A stretch of 64,000 nucleotides of DNA from Haliotis cracherodii (Eukaryota): the NCBI RefSeq assembly GCF_022045235.1, contig NW_027266269.1, forward strand, positions 310,001 through 374,000, written 5' to 3'. The notes beneath the pieces are model-generated. The model saw only the letters and a list, made by a program, of their open reading frames with translations, was not told the DNA's origin and searched no databases. Every line of letters begins with the position of its first letter. The first letter of the stretch is position 1. Shown piece after piece: positions 1-13,800 of the stretch. The position numbers and the translations under genes are program-made.

Positions 1-137
1 AGACTTGATCATTCGAGATATTTGGGGAAGCATCAGTTTCTAGAAGACTGGCTGGCCGCTCCAATTGTACACCCCATATTAACTTGAGGGACTGTTTAAC
101 GTTGCAGCTATTCCAGCGACTCTGGTACTAAACCGTC

Positions 138-363
138 AGGGCACGCAGAAACCTATGATTGTTGGTTCGAATCCCGGTTTCCCCCGATTATGAGTCTATG
201 TTTGCCAGCACCATACCCGTGCTCGTGGGTTTCACCGAACTGGTAAACGTCTGAGACCCTCATCACTTCGGGCTTTCCTCCCACATTAAGCTGAACGCCG
301 TGTTATAACTGGAATACTGTTAAAAGCGGCGTTAAACCCAACTAACTCACTCACTCACTCACT
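138..363 (+). mobile_element. tRNA-derived SINE family A, 5'-truncated
   Basis: B-box GGTTCGAATCC, (ACTC)n tail, TSD aaccgtca; multiple copies in the window. Confidence 0.8.
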
Positions 364-1023
364 GAACCGTCACACCGTTTATTGAAATCACGAGCAACGG
401 CCGTGGCCTTTGATTCAAAATGACAATCAACAATTAATCACAGAGCGTGAACATCTCATCTCCATCTTGTTGGCATGCAAGGCATCACTGTGACCAATTC
501 TGAATACAGAACGACGTAGTGGAAGGTAACTTTATTGAACACAACTTCACTGTTCATGTAAATAACATCATTCCATATCGAAACACACGAACAAACAAAA
601 GGCTGGATATGGTTCCATATTTATAGTTATGTAAATAATAATTACACACATCATACTATATTCTACAATAGGCAATATCTTTTCAAACTAAGCTGAGGTA
701 AAAAATGGTTTTACTTTCAAGATATTTGCACTTATATCGCGATGTGCACGCATATGTCCCGAGCTATTCCAGTTTTATAGCGCGAATTCATTAAGATGCC
801 ATGCCGCAGTTAAGCACTGGCATTGCAGCCTCAGAGACAATATACTGAATCCCAGTACTTTTCCTCGTAATGCTGAATGCTTGTGTCGAACCACCAACAT
901 TCCACAATCGGGGCAGATACTCTATCCACTTTATCACCGAGGGGAAAGATCAATGAAAGAATTGTCATACTGAATAGACAGTGTCATTAGTTACCGAAAG
1001 ACCTTTGCAAAGCAAAATAGATA

Positions 1024-1714
1024 CTAAGCATGTGACAATTTTGAGTAAATATTGCCAACGACACCAGCAAATTCCCGATTGCCTTCATCTGCAACGTCAT
1101 AAACATCATCCGCTCCACCACCAGCTGTACTTCCTCTTCCATTAGATGACCCACAATGCTTGGCCATGTCTTTCAGTGGTATCTCAGAATACCATTCCAG
1201 CTCCACAACAGAGGCATCGCCCTTCTCGTCAACAGTGTCGCACACAACATCCTCTGTCTTGGTAACACTGTAAAAGTAAAAACAATGTACTTTGATGACA
1301 TTAACAGTAGGCCCACCTTTACTCATATCAGCCATGCGTCCATATTTGCAAAGTTATACATGTTTAGATAATAATACTAATAATGGTGAACTATATTTGA
1401 TACATGACTGATTTAATTGTAGGGGTTATTAGCTGTAAAACGACTTGATTTTTTTCGGGAATTTTCTGCCACAAAACATACATTGTTGCTGGGTTTTTGT
1501 TGTTGTAATATTTAGGCTCATATTTTTAATTAGGAAAATACAGCCAAGGACTTTTTAGCGTCCATCAAACATGCTTGTCAGGCACCCCATGTCACAGTAA
1601 CCACGGATATTTAGAAGTTGGAATGCTAAGTAAAGATATATGGATGAACAACTTCTTTATTACAATTAGGAGCGGCGTTTCGGTGTAGGTTCAACTACAG
1701 AGTACAGATGACAA

Positions 1715-1764
<50 letters not shown>

Positions 1765-4749
1765 AGGTTATGTACACAGAAGGGTAGAAAACATATTGTG
1801 TACACAGAAGGGTAGAAAACATATTGACCGTCCGGTCACGCAAGCATGCATGCACCCACCCACCTACTCACTCACTCACTCACACACTCATGCACTCACT
1901 CACTCACCTGTCCTTTCTCAAGCGGTGACGGTACTTGCAGCACACAACCAGGAAGATGACTGTCATGAAACCGAAAGCTGCTGTGGCAAGCCTTACATAT
2001 AGTCCCACTTTACCACCTGACAAAGAACAATGTTGATGTGAAAGTTTGATTCATTTCCTTACATCAAGTGCGTGAAGAACAGCCAGCCACTGATAACTGA
2101 TCATGTGATATTCTGAACTTGTATATTATTACTTTTACTGCAGGGATAAGACGCATGTGCTAAACATGTCAATATAATTATACTATGGATGAGGTATAAA
2201 GTAATATGAATACACGTTCGTGACTGATGACATTGACCATTGTTGTCAATATGTTCTTCACTGGTGATGTCCTTTGAATAGGTTTCTTTAAAGGGACACC
2301 TTCTCTCATGATGTTAAATACATATCATCGCGTCAAGCTATGTTAATGTTAACAAAATGGCCATGTTTGGATATATACCTAAACGCCTAAAGCATCCCTT
2401 AGGAAAGTCATGATATTACAGCCAGACGTACGAAAATATCCGATTTCTCACCACAGTCAGACCCGTAGTAGGAGTCTACACATCCAGACACACAGGAGGA
2501 GCCCAGCTGACAATATCCTCCATCACAACCACCTGGACATGCAGTACAGTTACCTCCTGGACTGTCACATGGTATGTTGCAGCCAATGCCGTGGTATCCT
2601 TGCACACACCCGTCAGTGCAGTTAGCACTACCAATGCTTGAGATCACACATGTGTTTTTCCTACAGTTCTTGCTGCAGGTAGACTTGCATTTACGTCCGT
2701 AATACCCAGTGTAACAGTCAGTGAGGCAATCCCCGGACTCTCTGTTACAGTCTGGACAGTGATAGGTTTCCTTGCACGAACTGGCTGAAAGTTATATCAC
2801 AGTCGTTATTTGATGGTTTCACGCATTGGAAAATAAGTTCCCTGTTTAGCAAAACTAGGAGATACCTAAGTGACATGATTATGTATTCCTGAGCACCTAC
2901 ATGTATATTCTGGGGGTTCTTCCAAGGAAAGATCAACAGAACGTTAAGCACCTACAAGTATATTCTGGGGATTCTTCCTATGAAACATCAAGAGAACGTT
3001 AAGCACCTACATGTATATTCTGGGGGTTCTTCCAAGGAAAGATCAACAGAACGTTATGCACCTACATGTATATTCTGGGGATTCTCTCTATGAAAGATCA
3101 ACAGAACGTTAAGCACCTACATGTATATTCTGGGGGTTCTTCCTATGAAAGATCAACAGAACGTTATGCACCTACATGTATATTCGGGGGGTTCTTCCTA
3201 TGAAAGATCAACAGAACGTTATGCACCTACATGTATATTCTGGGGATTCTTCCAAGGAAACATCAACAGAACGTTAAGCACCTACATGTATATTCTGGGG
3301 GTTCTTCCTATGAAAGATCAACAGAACGTTATGCACCTACATGTATATTCTGGGGGTTCTTCCAAGGAAACATCAACAGAATGTTAAGCACCTACATGTA
3401 TATTCTGGGGGTTCTTCCAAGGAAAGATCAACAGAACGTTAAGCACCTACATGTATATTCTGGGGGTTCTTCCTATGAAAGATCAACCGAACGTTATGCA
3501 CCTACATGTATATTCTGGGGGTTCTTCCAAGGAAACATCAACAGAACGTTAAGTACCTACATGTATATTCTGGGGGTTCTTCCTATGAAAGATCAACCGA
3601 GCGTTATGCACCTACATGTATATTCTGGGGGTTCTTCCAAGGAAACATCAAGAGAACGTTAAGCACCTACATGTATATTCTGGGGGTTCTTCCAAGGAAA
3701 GATCAATAGAACGTTAAGCACCTGCATGTATATTCTGGGGGTTCTTCCAAGGAAAGATCAACAGAACGTTAAGCACCTGCATGTATATGGAATATAACTG
3801 ATTAAACCTGAACAGCTAAATACAAAAGGATGAGACGCTAAAAAATAGCGAACACTTATACTACCTAAACAACGTTGTACTGACTTATTTGGCTTTGATA
3901 CACAAGACAGTTGATATGACCTAAACAAATAAATGATAAATGTGATGGTTGTATGTAAGTGATTGAGCGAGTGAGTTTGGTTTTACGCCGCTTTTTAGCA
4001 ATATTCCAGCAATATCACGGCGGGGGACACCAGAAATGGGCTTCACACATTGTTCACATGTCGGGATTCGAACCCGGGTCTTCGGCGTGACGTGCGAACG
4101 CTTTAACCACTAGGCCACCCGACCGCCCTGTATGTAAGATTAACATAGGACCTTGATGCAGATGGGATAAAGTATGAAATTATGCATGTAATATCTATTA
4201 ATCATACGTCCAGTATACTCACTAGATCAGCAATATTTACAATACAATGACAACCCCCTTTCACCTCACAACACCATATTCATCAATACAATATCTAAAC
4301 GGTATTCTAACGTATTGACGTAGCACTCATAGACTAAAAATTGAAGTAGGAAGACATATAAATATAGCTAGATAATTGAGAATATGAGAGCAATGTAATT
4401 TAAATGTGAGAGGAGATGAGTTTCATTTCCTGTTAGTTGGTCCTAACTGCGAGTACGAACTACATATATAGAACTGACTTTGTATGTACACCCCACTCAA
4501 CATAAACCATAAATCATGTCAAACACTGATGATTGTACTCCTACAAGAAACATTGTCAATATGCATTTGTCATGCGGCGACATTAGAATATGATCTGTTA
4601 GACATATTTGCAACTACTCCCGAAAATCATGTTTTATGAGCCTGCGTCCTGTCAGTGTGGAATAAAACTTATCCCTATCGAGAGCTCTTTGATTTACCTC
4701 CAGTGGCAACTACCAAGTATGCTATCCATATCATCACCAAGGAAACCAT
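1024..4749 (-). CDS. Gene A: EGF-like (MEGF10/SCARF/CED-1-like) type-I membrane receptor with Tyr-motif tail, about 245 aa
   Basis: Four GT-AG exons with matching phases. 4749-4698: signal peptide MVSLVMIWIAYLVVATG. 2784-2452: Cys-rich EGF modules. 2016-1908: TM LATAAFGFMTVIFLVVCC followed by KYRHR. 1267-1024: tail with YSEI, YDVA, YSKL. Total 738 nt. Confidence 0.85.
1716..1760. repeat. (TA)n microsatellite
   Basis: Directly visible. Confidence 0.95.
2892..3788. repeat. 55-bp minisatellite, about 16 copies, in an intron of gene A
   Basis: Unit gcacctacatgtatattctgggggttcttccaaggaaagatcaacagaacgttaa. Confidence 0.95.
3962..4128 (-). mobile_element. SINE family B (tRNA-Asp-like head)
   Basis: TAGTGGTTAAAGCG..GTCACGCCGAAGACCCGGGTTCGA; TSD tgtatgtaag. 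Confidence 0.85.
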
Positions 4750-5754
4750 TGTGCTGACTGAAACAGATATGAAAGTGAAACAATATTAAGTGATAATGTG
4801 AGGCAGTATTTCAGCCATTTCATAACTATCAATGTTATAAATAACAAATGCATTTAAACTATAAAAGCCTATCAACATGGGCCAGTTAAATAACAAGCAT
4901 ATCACAAATTGTTAATTAAAACTAGCATATACAAATGTATCACTATATTTCACAATGATAAGAAAGGGTTGTAGATCGCCAGCAACTGAAGGTACATCAC
5001 CTTCCTAAAACCACGGGGACTTGCATTACTTTTGCTTCCTCTATGGACTTAAGTGACAAACATTACTCATTACTATACACAATGAAACAACAATTGTCTG
5101 ATGCAACGCCTGGAGGGATCCAGTAGGAATTCAGAAATCAAAGAGTTGTGGACTTTGGCCGTCAGAAAGGCGTGCATGCTATACTCCCCACACTGCTGAT
5201 AATGCTAAAAAGAGGGATTGCACACAGTTCATTGTGGAATCCAGACCATTTTAAAACCTAAATAACTTCAACATATTTATATGATCAATATTATTATCAG
5301 CAGCAGATACTTACGCTACGTTAGGACTTGATGTTTTCCGATGATTTGTGTGTAAACCATGAACCATCTGTATCATACATGTGTCACAGGGGGTTGTGAT
5401 CCATGTGTTGTCACACGACCAGCAGTCTTCTTTCATACTCACATTCCGCTTCCTGTTGATAGTATTGCCTACCCCCACACGCACCATCCCCCCCCTAGAC
5501 CCAACCCCCCTACATCCACCCCACTCTCATCCCCTTTTGTTACAAGGAAGACGAAAATGAAGACTGACACATATAATATTAACATCCATTGGTGATTCAC
5601 ATTATAATTAAAAAATAAAGGTGTCCAGTCTGAAGTTAATGAGCTGCTTCAAAATAACTTTGCACAAAACAGCTATTTCAGAAGTGTGATTGTTATATTT
5701 TAATGCAAACATCGAGGACGTTAAGACAACACCAGTTATGATTATAAAGGTTTT

Positions 5755-6018
5755 TGTTCGGTTTGTTGTTTAACGCCGCACTCAGCAATAGTCCAGCTAT
5801 ATGACGGTGGTCTGTAAATAATCGATTCTGGGCCAGACAATCCAGTGATTGACATTATGAGCATCGATCCACGGAATTGGGAAACGATGACATGCTTCAA
5901 CCAAGTCAGCGAGCCTGACCACCTGATCCCGTTAGTCGCCTCTTACGACAAGCATAGTCGTCTTTTATGGCATGGCATGGGTTGCTGAAGACCTATTCTA
6001 CCTCGGATCTTCACAGGT
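5755..6018 (-). mobile_element. Retroposon family C (SINE or LINE 3' end)
   Basis: Consensus AGCAACCCATG..GAGGCGACTAACGGGATC..CTGGAATATTGCTGAGTGCGGCGTTAAAC; other copies at about 17365-17560, 20760-20965, 25345-25552 and 51335-51470 (minus). Confidence 0.75.
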
Positions 6019-6885
6019 ATGAACGTAGAGGAGAAACAGTCATATTTGTTTCAAAATGAACAAAGTAAGAGATATATTCTGAATATTCAGGTGACGTTTT
6101 TCAGCTAATACTTGAATAGTTTTGACAATTTGATTAATAAAACAAATATTTGACTTCTAAAAATATATGTAAACGTGTCCGAGGATATCAATATACATTA
6201 ACATTTGATAGTTTCTCTGTGCTCAGGGTCACAAGAAGGGTCACGGGTTACCAAGGCGTCTAAAGCAGAATTGCGTGCCTCAGGTATGCCAGAAACCTGT
6301 AATCTTAGGTTTGAAAAGCAGATTCTCCCGGATGATGTTTCTAGGATTGTTAGCACCACCCCCGTGCCTCGTGGTAATTATGTAAGACTTCCGTCACTTC
6401 TGACGTTCACAATTGTCGATACTGTAAAATACTGTTTGATCCAGCTTTGGGGGTTGTAATGTCGGCCTGTAAACGTATGGGCCTCTCACGCCAGCAGGTC
6501 GATGCAGTAATGAGTTGTGGGGATCTGCTTCAATCATTAATTTAGAAACAGAGGGTGACCATACTCAGGTTGTTCAGGACCTCGCCAGTCGGGATGCGCT
6601 CACGTTATGTCACACAACACTTGTTCGTTGCTGCTACAAGGAAGATGTTAGCGAAAAGGTGCGCAATTCTGAGCTAGGCTAACTGGCGGAAAAAATGCCT
6701 ATAACTGGCCTCATCCCTCTGTCAAAATGTCAGTCTTTTTTTCAAAGACCTCCATTTTACTCTCGATATTTATGTTGTACCTAGTTATACATTGCTGCAA
6801 TTGCATGTCGATCCATAAGGTTCGTGTACACATGATTGCTGTGTCCAGGCTCATAGGGAAGTTGTAGAAAAGTACATCGGGACGT

Positions 6886-7860
6886 TGTATCTAGGTACAC
6901 ATGAATGTTGTCGTATCTAGGTATACATGAATGTTGTTGTATCTAGTTACACATGCATGTTGTTGTATCTAGGTACACATGAATGTTGTTGTATCTAGGT
7001 ACACATGAATGTTGATGTATCTAGGTACACATGACTGTTGTCGTGTCTAGGTACACATGAATGTTGTCATATCTAGGTACACATGAATGTTGTTGTATCT
7101 AGGTACACATGACTGTTGTTGTATCTAGGTACACATGAATGTTGTTGTATCTAGGTACACATGACTGTTGTTGTATCTAGGTACACATGACTGTTGTTGT
7201 ATCTAGGTACACATGACTGTTGTTGTATCTAGGTACACATGACTGTTGTTGTATCTAGGTACACATGACTGTTGTTGTATCTAGGTACACATGAATGTTG
7301 TTGTATCTAGGTACACATGACTGTTGTTGTATCTAGGTACACATGAATGTTGTTCTATCTAGGTACACATGAATGTTGTTGTATCTAGGTACACATGAAC
7401 GTTGTTGTATCTAGGTACACATGAATGTTGTTGTATCTAGGTACACATGATTGTTGTTGTATCTAGGTACACATGAATGTTGATGTATCTAGGTACACAT
7501 GACTGTTGTCGTGTCTAGGTACACATGAATGTTGTCATATCTAGGTACACATGAATGTTGTTGCATCTAGGTACACATGAATGTTGTTGTATCTAGGTAC
7601 ACATGAATGTTGTTGTATCTAGGTACACATGACTGTTGTTGTATCTAGGTACACATGAATGTTGTTGTATCTAGGTACACATGACTGTTGTTGTATCTAG
7701 GTACACATGAATGTTGTTGTATCTAGGTACACATGAATGTTGTTGTATCTAGGTACACATGAACGTTGTTGATTCTAGGTACACATGAATGTTGTTGTAT
7801 CTAGGTACACATGAACGTTGTTGTATCTAGGTACACGTGGATGTTGTTGTATTTAGGTAC
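6886..7860. repeat. 26-bp minisatellite, about 37 copies, with degenerate flanks to about 6770 and 8300
   Basis: Unit tatctaggtacacatgaatgttgttg. Confidence 0.95.
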
Positions 7861-10387
7861 AAATTAATATTGCTGGACCTTTTTTTATGAAACTCGTGAA
7901 ATGTCCATAACTTACACTGATGCTTCAAATCAATGCTGTTGTACCGAGGTACGCATGCATGTTATATCTAGATTCATATGGATGTATTGTATATCGGGAT
8001 GTCGTATCTAGGTACACATGAATGTCGTTGAATCTTGGTATACATGGATGTCGTTGTGTCTATATTCACATCAATATTCATGTCGCTGTGCCTATGTGCA
8101 CATACATGTTCTTGTATCTAGATGAATATGGAAGTTATTGTATAAAGGTACATCGAGATGTACCGAGGTACACATGCTTGTTGTTGTCTGTAGATTCATA
8201 ATACGGTTTCTTGTGCACATGGAAGCTGCATCTAGATTCATTTCCTTTGGGATGTCGTATCCAGGTAAACATGGATGGTGTTTCCTCCAGACACAAGTAG
8301 GTTTTGTTACACATATAGGAACATAGCGTCGGTGTAAGTACATACTGTGACGCTCTTTGTGTCGAGCGTCGGCGCGGGGTATTGCACACGTGGAAATAAA
8401 CATGCCTCAACCTGAACTGTGTGATCTTTAGTTTTTTTTCTCGGAGCACATGGCGTATGACATAAAACAAACTGGAGTTATCTCCCTCGCCTGACAAACA
8501 TTAAAAGCCCGAAGAAACTCCGGAAGTACTACTCCTGACAGGTGCACACACTCTTTACATTTAAGGTTATTGGACGGATGGGTACACCAGTAACAATACA
8601 TGTCGATGTTATTGTATAAAGTCACATGTGAATGGCGTATCTAGGAACACTAGATTGTCAGATTGCCTTCGGCCCTTAGCGTACGGCAGAACTGTTGCTT
8701 TGAAATGGTACACGAACATAAGCTCATTATAATTAAGTTTTGTCAACCAACCAGTTACCTTACGCAAGTTAACTACAATAACATAGCATTACATAAAACA
8801 CGTGTGTTCAGTAAGGGGAGTAGGAACACATCAGATTCCCGTTGGCATCAGAGATGCATGGAGATACAATGGTTAAAAAAACGTGGTCACTTAATTAGTT
8901 ATTTTTACATATCAGATGTGTTGTTTTGGTCAGAGGAAAGTTGGGTGTAACGAGATTTACCTTAACTTACATCAAAATACTAGCTTCTGATTAATTTCAT
9001 TGAAGCCCCCTCACTGTCTCCTTCAATTGACTTAGATACGACTGAGTATCATGTTTTACAGATGTAATCATCTATTTCGCGGGACGGAAACCAACGAGTC
9101 GAGGCATGCTATTTTCCCTTCATCAGGTGAAAGAAGGAATATCACCAAACTACTTCAACTGCATGAGTGGATACGCTGTTGATATGGATAATATTTCTAG
9201 ATCTGGCATAGAGGTCGTTTTGAGATGATAGGGTAACTTAAACATGAAATCGTTGGTTCGTTTTGCAGAATGTCCAGGTTTGATTACTCATCGTTCATTA
9301 CTAATCCTTCACCACATTTCATAGTAGGTTGGCCAAACTTGATACGATGTTGTTTAAGCTATTACAGACGTCGTTTGAGCGAGATGATAATTTGTTAAAA
9401 TGAAACTATTAGTCGTTCAAACGGGTGGCGTGAATTTAACCAAGACATACAGAATACTAAACGACCTTCCATATTATACCAAGTTTATAGAACAAAACAT
9501 ATTGAATATTTCTGATGTCTGACGAAGGAGAGCGAGTCTGTCACTAGAACTATTCAAGAGTTTGTGCAAATCGATATTACATGACGTAAGTTCAGAGTTT
9601 TATTTATTATTTGCCATTAAAGACTTTTTTTTAAAATGTTTTTACTGTCGCGATCTTATAGCAAAATCAAAATGTTAAACAGAATAATATTTCAAATACA
9701 GTAAGAGTTGATGCGTATTAACCCAATACACAGGCTTACGGCTGTCGTTGCGATACGGTTATTTTTTGGAACGGGGCCCTGTACCACAAAGTTTACATTC
9801 ACCCGACGATGTATGGAATTTTGTTCGAATATACACCGGGAAAACAATGCCATATGACGTCATCCTATCAACAGGGGTGCCAGAGTCATCGAGTGTGCAT
9901 AATCTCCCATCAGTGAACTGTCATCTCCACACGCAATATCATTGAATAAACCCAGGGGTTTGGGGAGTTTTACATATTGTATTTGTGAAACAATATATAC
10001 CTAGGCCCTGTAGGACATAACCACGTGCTTTGTTATTTTACACAGTGTAAGACCTGCTTATTAATGTTAAACAGGGGCATCATTAGTTGTTGTCCCTTTT
10101 CAGAGTGCGTAGTACTGCACACTTACTGGCACTCCTGGGGGATAAGACATGCTAAGTCGTGTCCTTTGGGAGTGATAGATTAGAAACACATGTGTCACAA
10201 TGTCCTTGAAAAACTATGTCAATTGTATCATATTATATTTGAACTCATCTAAAACAAATACAACATATGTTCAACAGATTCAGTGTTATGTGTAAGTAAC
10301 AGTGACAGTAGTTATGCTGTACAAGTGAAACATTGAATCCTATCTGCAAAATATAAGATTCATACACTAAAGATAAATGGATGTCCT

Positions 10388-10389
<2 letters not shown>

Positions 10390-10441
<52 letters not shown>

Positions 10442-10453
10442 ACACACACACAC
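10390..10453. repeat. (CA)n microsatellite
   Basis: Directly visible. Confidence 0.95.
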
Positions 10454-10877
10454 ATCCATCAAATATTTTTCAATATATTCACGAGAGGATGCGATTTAGG
10501 ATAAATTGCATACATCTTTACAAAAGTAGTTTTCAGTTTCATAGTGATACCTCATAAAATCAGTAACACATGATTTCTTCCAATTGAGCTTATATACACA
10601 ATTTGGGTCAATCATTTGTAATACATAGACGGATAGGCAGGTGGTCTGAGAGAGTATATGGTATATCAGTACCAATGGTATAAAAACAATAAAACTATTC
10701 TAAACGCAACATCATTCACCAGCGTCTGATCTCGGCCATTGATGGGAGCAGACAATGCATACATTATGAGCCAAATGTAATGCTGTGTATCCAGACTCAT
10801 CTCTGGGGTACAAGTCAGGACGACAGTTGTTGTATGTTTTCAGATTGCACAGGTTCTCTCAACAGTGACGTTTGAGC

Positions 10878-13800
10878 TCATTCAGTTGTGCGATTCTTCT
10901 TGGATTTAAAAAAACCTGAAAGCCTCTGTCCAGATGATCGTTTCATAGGTTTGGATGGTGGTAAATGTTCTATGATTTTGCTGCATCCTATTTTATGCGC
11001 AAGAGTCGCCACATCCTCCCCTGCATTGTTCGCTACTCTCAAATCTGCTCCTTGTTTTCTGAGAAATTCAAAAACATCAACTCTCTCATGCAACACTGAT
11101 GTCATGACAGGTGTCAAACCAACATTGTTTATGGCGTTGATATCAACCGAGTCTATGATGCATTTCACCATATCAAGCTGACCATGCTTAGTAGCAAGAT
11201 GTAGAAGAGTCTGTCTATTCTTGTCCACCAGAGTTTGGTCGGCACCACAGGACACCAAGAAAATATACACGTCCATATGGCCACCACACACTGCCCTCAT
11301 TAGTGGAGTCTGATCATCCCTGCCTCTGACGTCGATGTCAAAGTAGCCACTCTCTTGTTTCACAATGGCTCCCTTCCCACTTTGACCGACTACAAAGGTA
11401 GCATTATCATTCTCCAATGAAGTCGATGATTGTATGACATCCTTCGGTGCATTACCATCCAGAGGATCGTTTTGTCCACTGAACACTGATCTCGCTGCAT
11501 GCATTGATTTTGGCGAGTTGTTCTTTCCCCGACGATTTACGTCACGGAGTTTCACAAGACATTCGACAATAGCTGTGCTCCCACCCTGACATGCTGAATG
11601 TAGAACATTGTCATTGTAGTCATCAGTCAAAGTGAGGTCAGCATTCTGCTTCACAAGCAAATCGAACACGACCTTCCTTCCCGCCCATGCCGCAAACATG
11701 ACTGGTGTCCAGCCGTGTTTTCCAGAAGTATTGATGTCAATCTTTGATATCAGAATGTTCACAATGGAATAGTTCCCACCCTGACAGGCATGGTGTAAGA
11801 CAGTGTTATTATCATCATCAGTCAGTCTGATATTGGCCTTCTTTGACAAAAGTAGTTTAAACAGGGCTGGTTCTGCAATCAAGGCTGTGATCATTATTGC
11901 TGTTCTCCCGTGGCTTCCCATACAGTTGATATCAGTGCCTCGGCGTGCCAACAAATCTTTCACAATGAAAATATTTCCACCAAAACATGCTAAATGTAAT
12001 ACAGAATTGTTCTTGTCATCCCTTAATCTAATATCAGCCCCCTTTGACACAAGTAACTTGAAGACGCTCTCCATTCCTTTGTCAACTGCAAACATCACTG
12101 ACGTCCACCCGTAGTTTCCCCGAATGTTGATGTCGAACTTTGGCAGTAACAGTTCCACAATGGAGAGATTTCCTCCATGACATGCAAGATGGAGGAGGTT
12201 GTTGTTGTTGTCATCTTTCAGCGTGAAGTCCACTGTGTGTAGGAAAAGCGGAAATACATCCATATGTCCATGTACAGCTGCCTTCATCAATGGTGTCCAG
12301 CCATGTTTTCCCCGACTATTACATTCAAACTTTGGCACTAGTTGTAGTAACAGAGATGCATCACTAACGCGAGAAGCCACATGAAGGAGACTGTTGTTGT
12401 CATCATCGGTCAATGTGATATCAGCCTTTTTTGACATGAGAAGGTCGAAAATGTCCTTCCTCCCAGACAATAGTGCACACATAACCGGTGTCTGTCCATT
12501 GTTGCCTCGTGTATTGATATCTGTGTGGGGGAGCAGACATTCTACCATGGTCTTGTTTCCATACCAACATGCAAGATGAAGCACAGTGTTTTTGTGGGCA
12601 TCTGATAATTTGAAATCAATTTTGTTTTGTTTTATCCTTTCAAATGGCTTCCCTTTTTTGGTAAGATAATCTAAGATATCCTCCTTCCCAAATGCCACTA
12701 CACACAAAACTGGTGACCAGCCATTTACTCCTCGTCCATTAATATACTGATTCAGATACAAATCCGGAGAAAGATGTTTCTTGAGCGCTTTTTTTACATG
12801 TTTTACGGTGGACTTATGTCCATGTTGGCATGCCAAATGCAGTAAATTGTAGTTGTTGATGTCACATAAAGTGATGTCTGCTTTGTTTTTCAAAAGGATG
12901 TCAAAACATTCCTCCTGTCCAGAGACAACTGCATACATCACTGGTGTCCAGCCGTTCAACCCAGGCCTATTGATGTCACAGTGAGGAAGAAGTCGCTCAA
13001 GGATATTCTTGTTCCCAATGAAACAGGCATACTGGAGAATGTTATGCTTGATATCATCAGACAAGGAAGTTGGATCTGTGAACATATGATTTAATGTGTC
13101 AGATATTTCACTTCGTTTCCATATGTGATGCCAGATGTACATACTGAAAGCACCACTGACAATAGCATCTGCCATTCTGTCAGCAATTATTCCACTGTAG
13201 GCCTCTGAGAAAGGAATCATGAGCTGGTGTTCATTAACAGGAATACCATCGTCTTGCTGATCCTGTACGTGCTCAAGGAGGAACTTTATACCGCAATGTT
13301 TAATAACAAACACTGGTTTAATATTGAATAAGACCAAAGCACAGACATCATACATGATTGAATGGGAATATGCTGTTGTGTTTCCTTCTGTCAAAAATGT
13401 TCGAGAGAAGCTCCGGACAGCTGTAGCGACACCCTGTCTGGTTGATGTCTTCACAAGAGTTGTAACTGCCAAGAGGTGAGCCTCTAGGTCTTGGCGGGCA
13501 TCTTCAGATTCAAGTTGATTGTCTGTACTGGCACCTTTTGTCTTGAGTTGACTGATTGGGCAGGCACATTCCGTATCCAGTTGATTCGCTGGGCGGATAT
13601 CTTCAGTTTCCAGTTGATTGATGTTTATCTGACCTTCACACAGTACGATCAGAATGAGGGCAGCTGACTTGTCATCCAATGAGCTAATAATCTTTCGAAG
13701 TTGATTTGTGATGTAAAACATAGGTTTCTCGAAAAAACTCTCATGGTGCATTTGAAAGCCACAACAACTGGAGAAAAGTTTGCATTCTAGAGGAAAACCG

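Noticed and set aside
1655-1712. Penelope-type hammerhead ribozyme remnant (cgtttcgg)
   Set aside because: The complementary CTGATGA core is absent.
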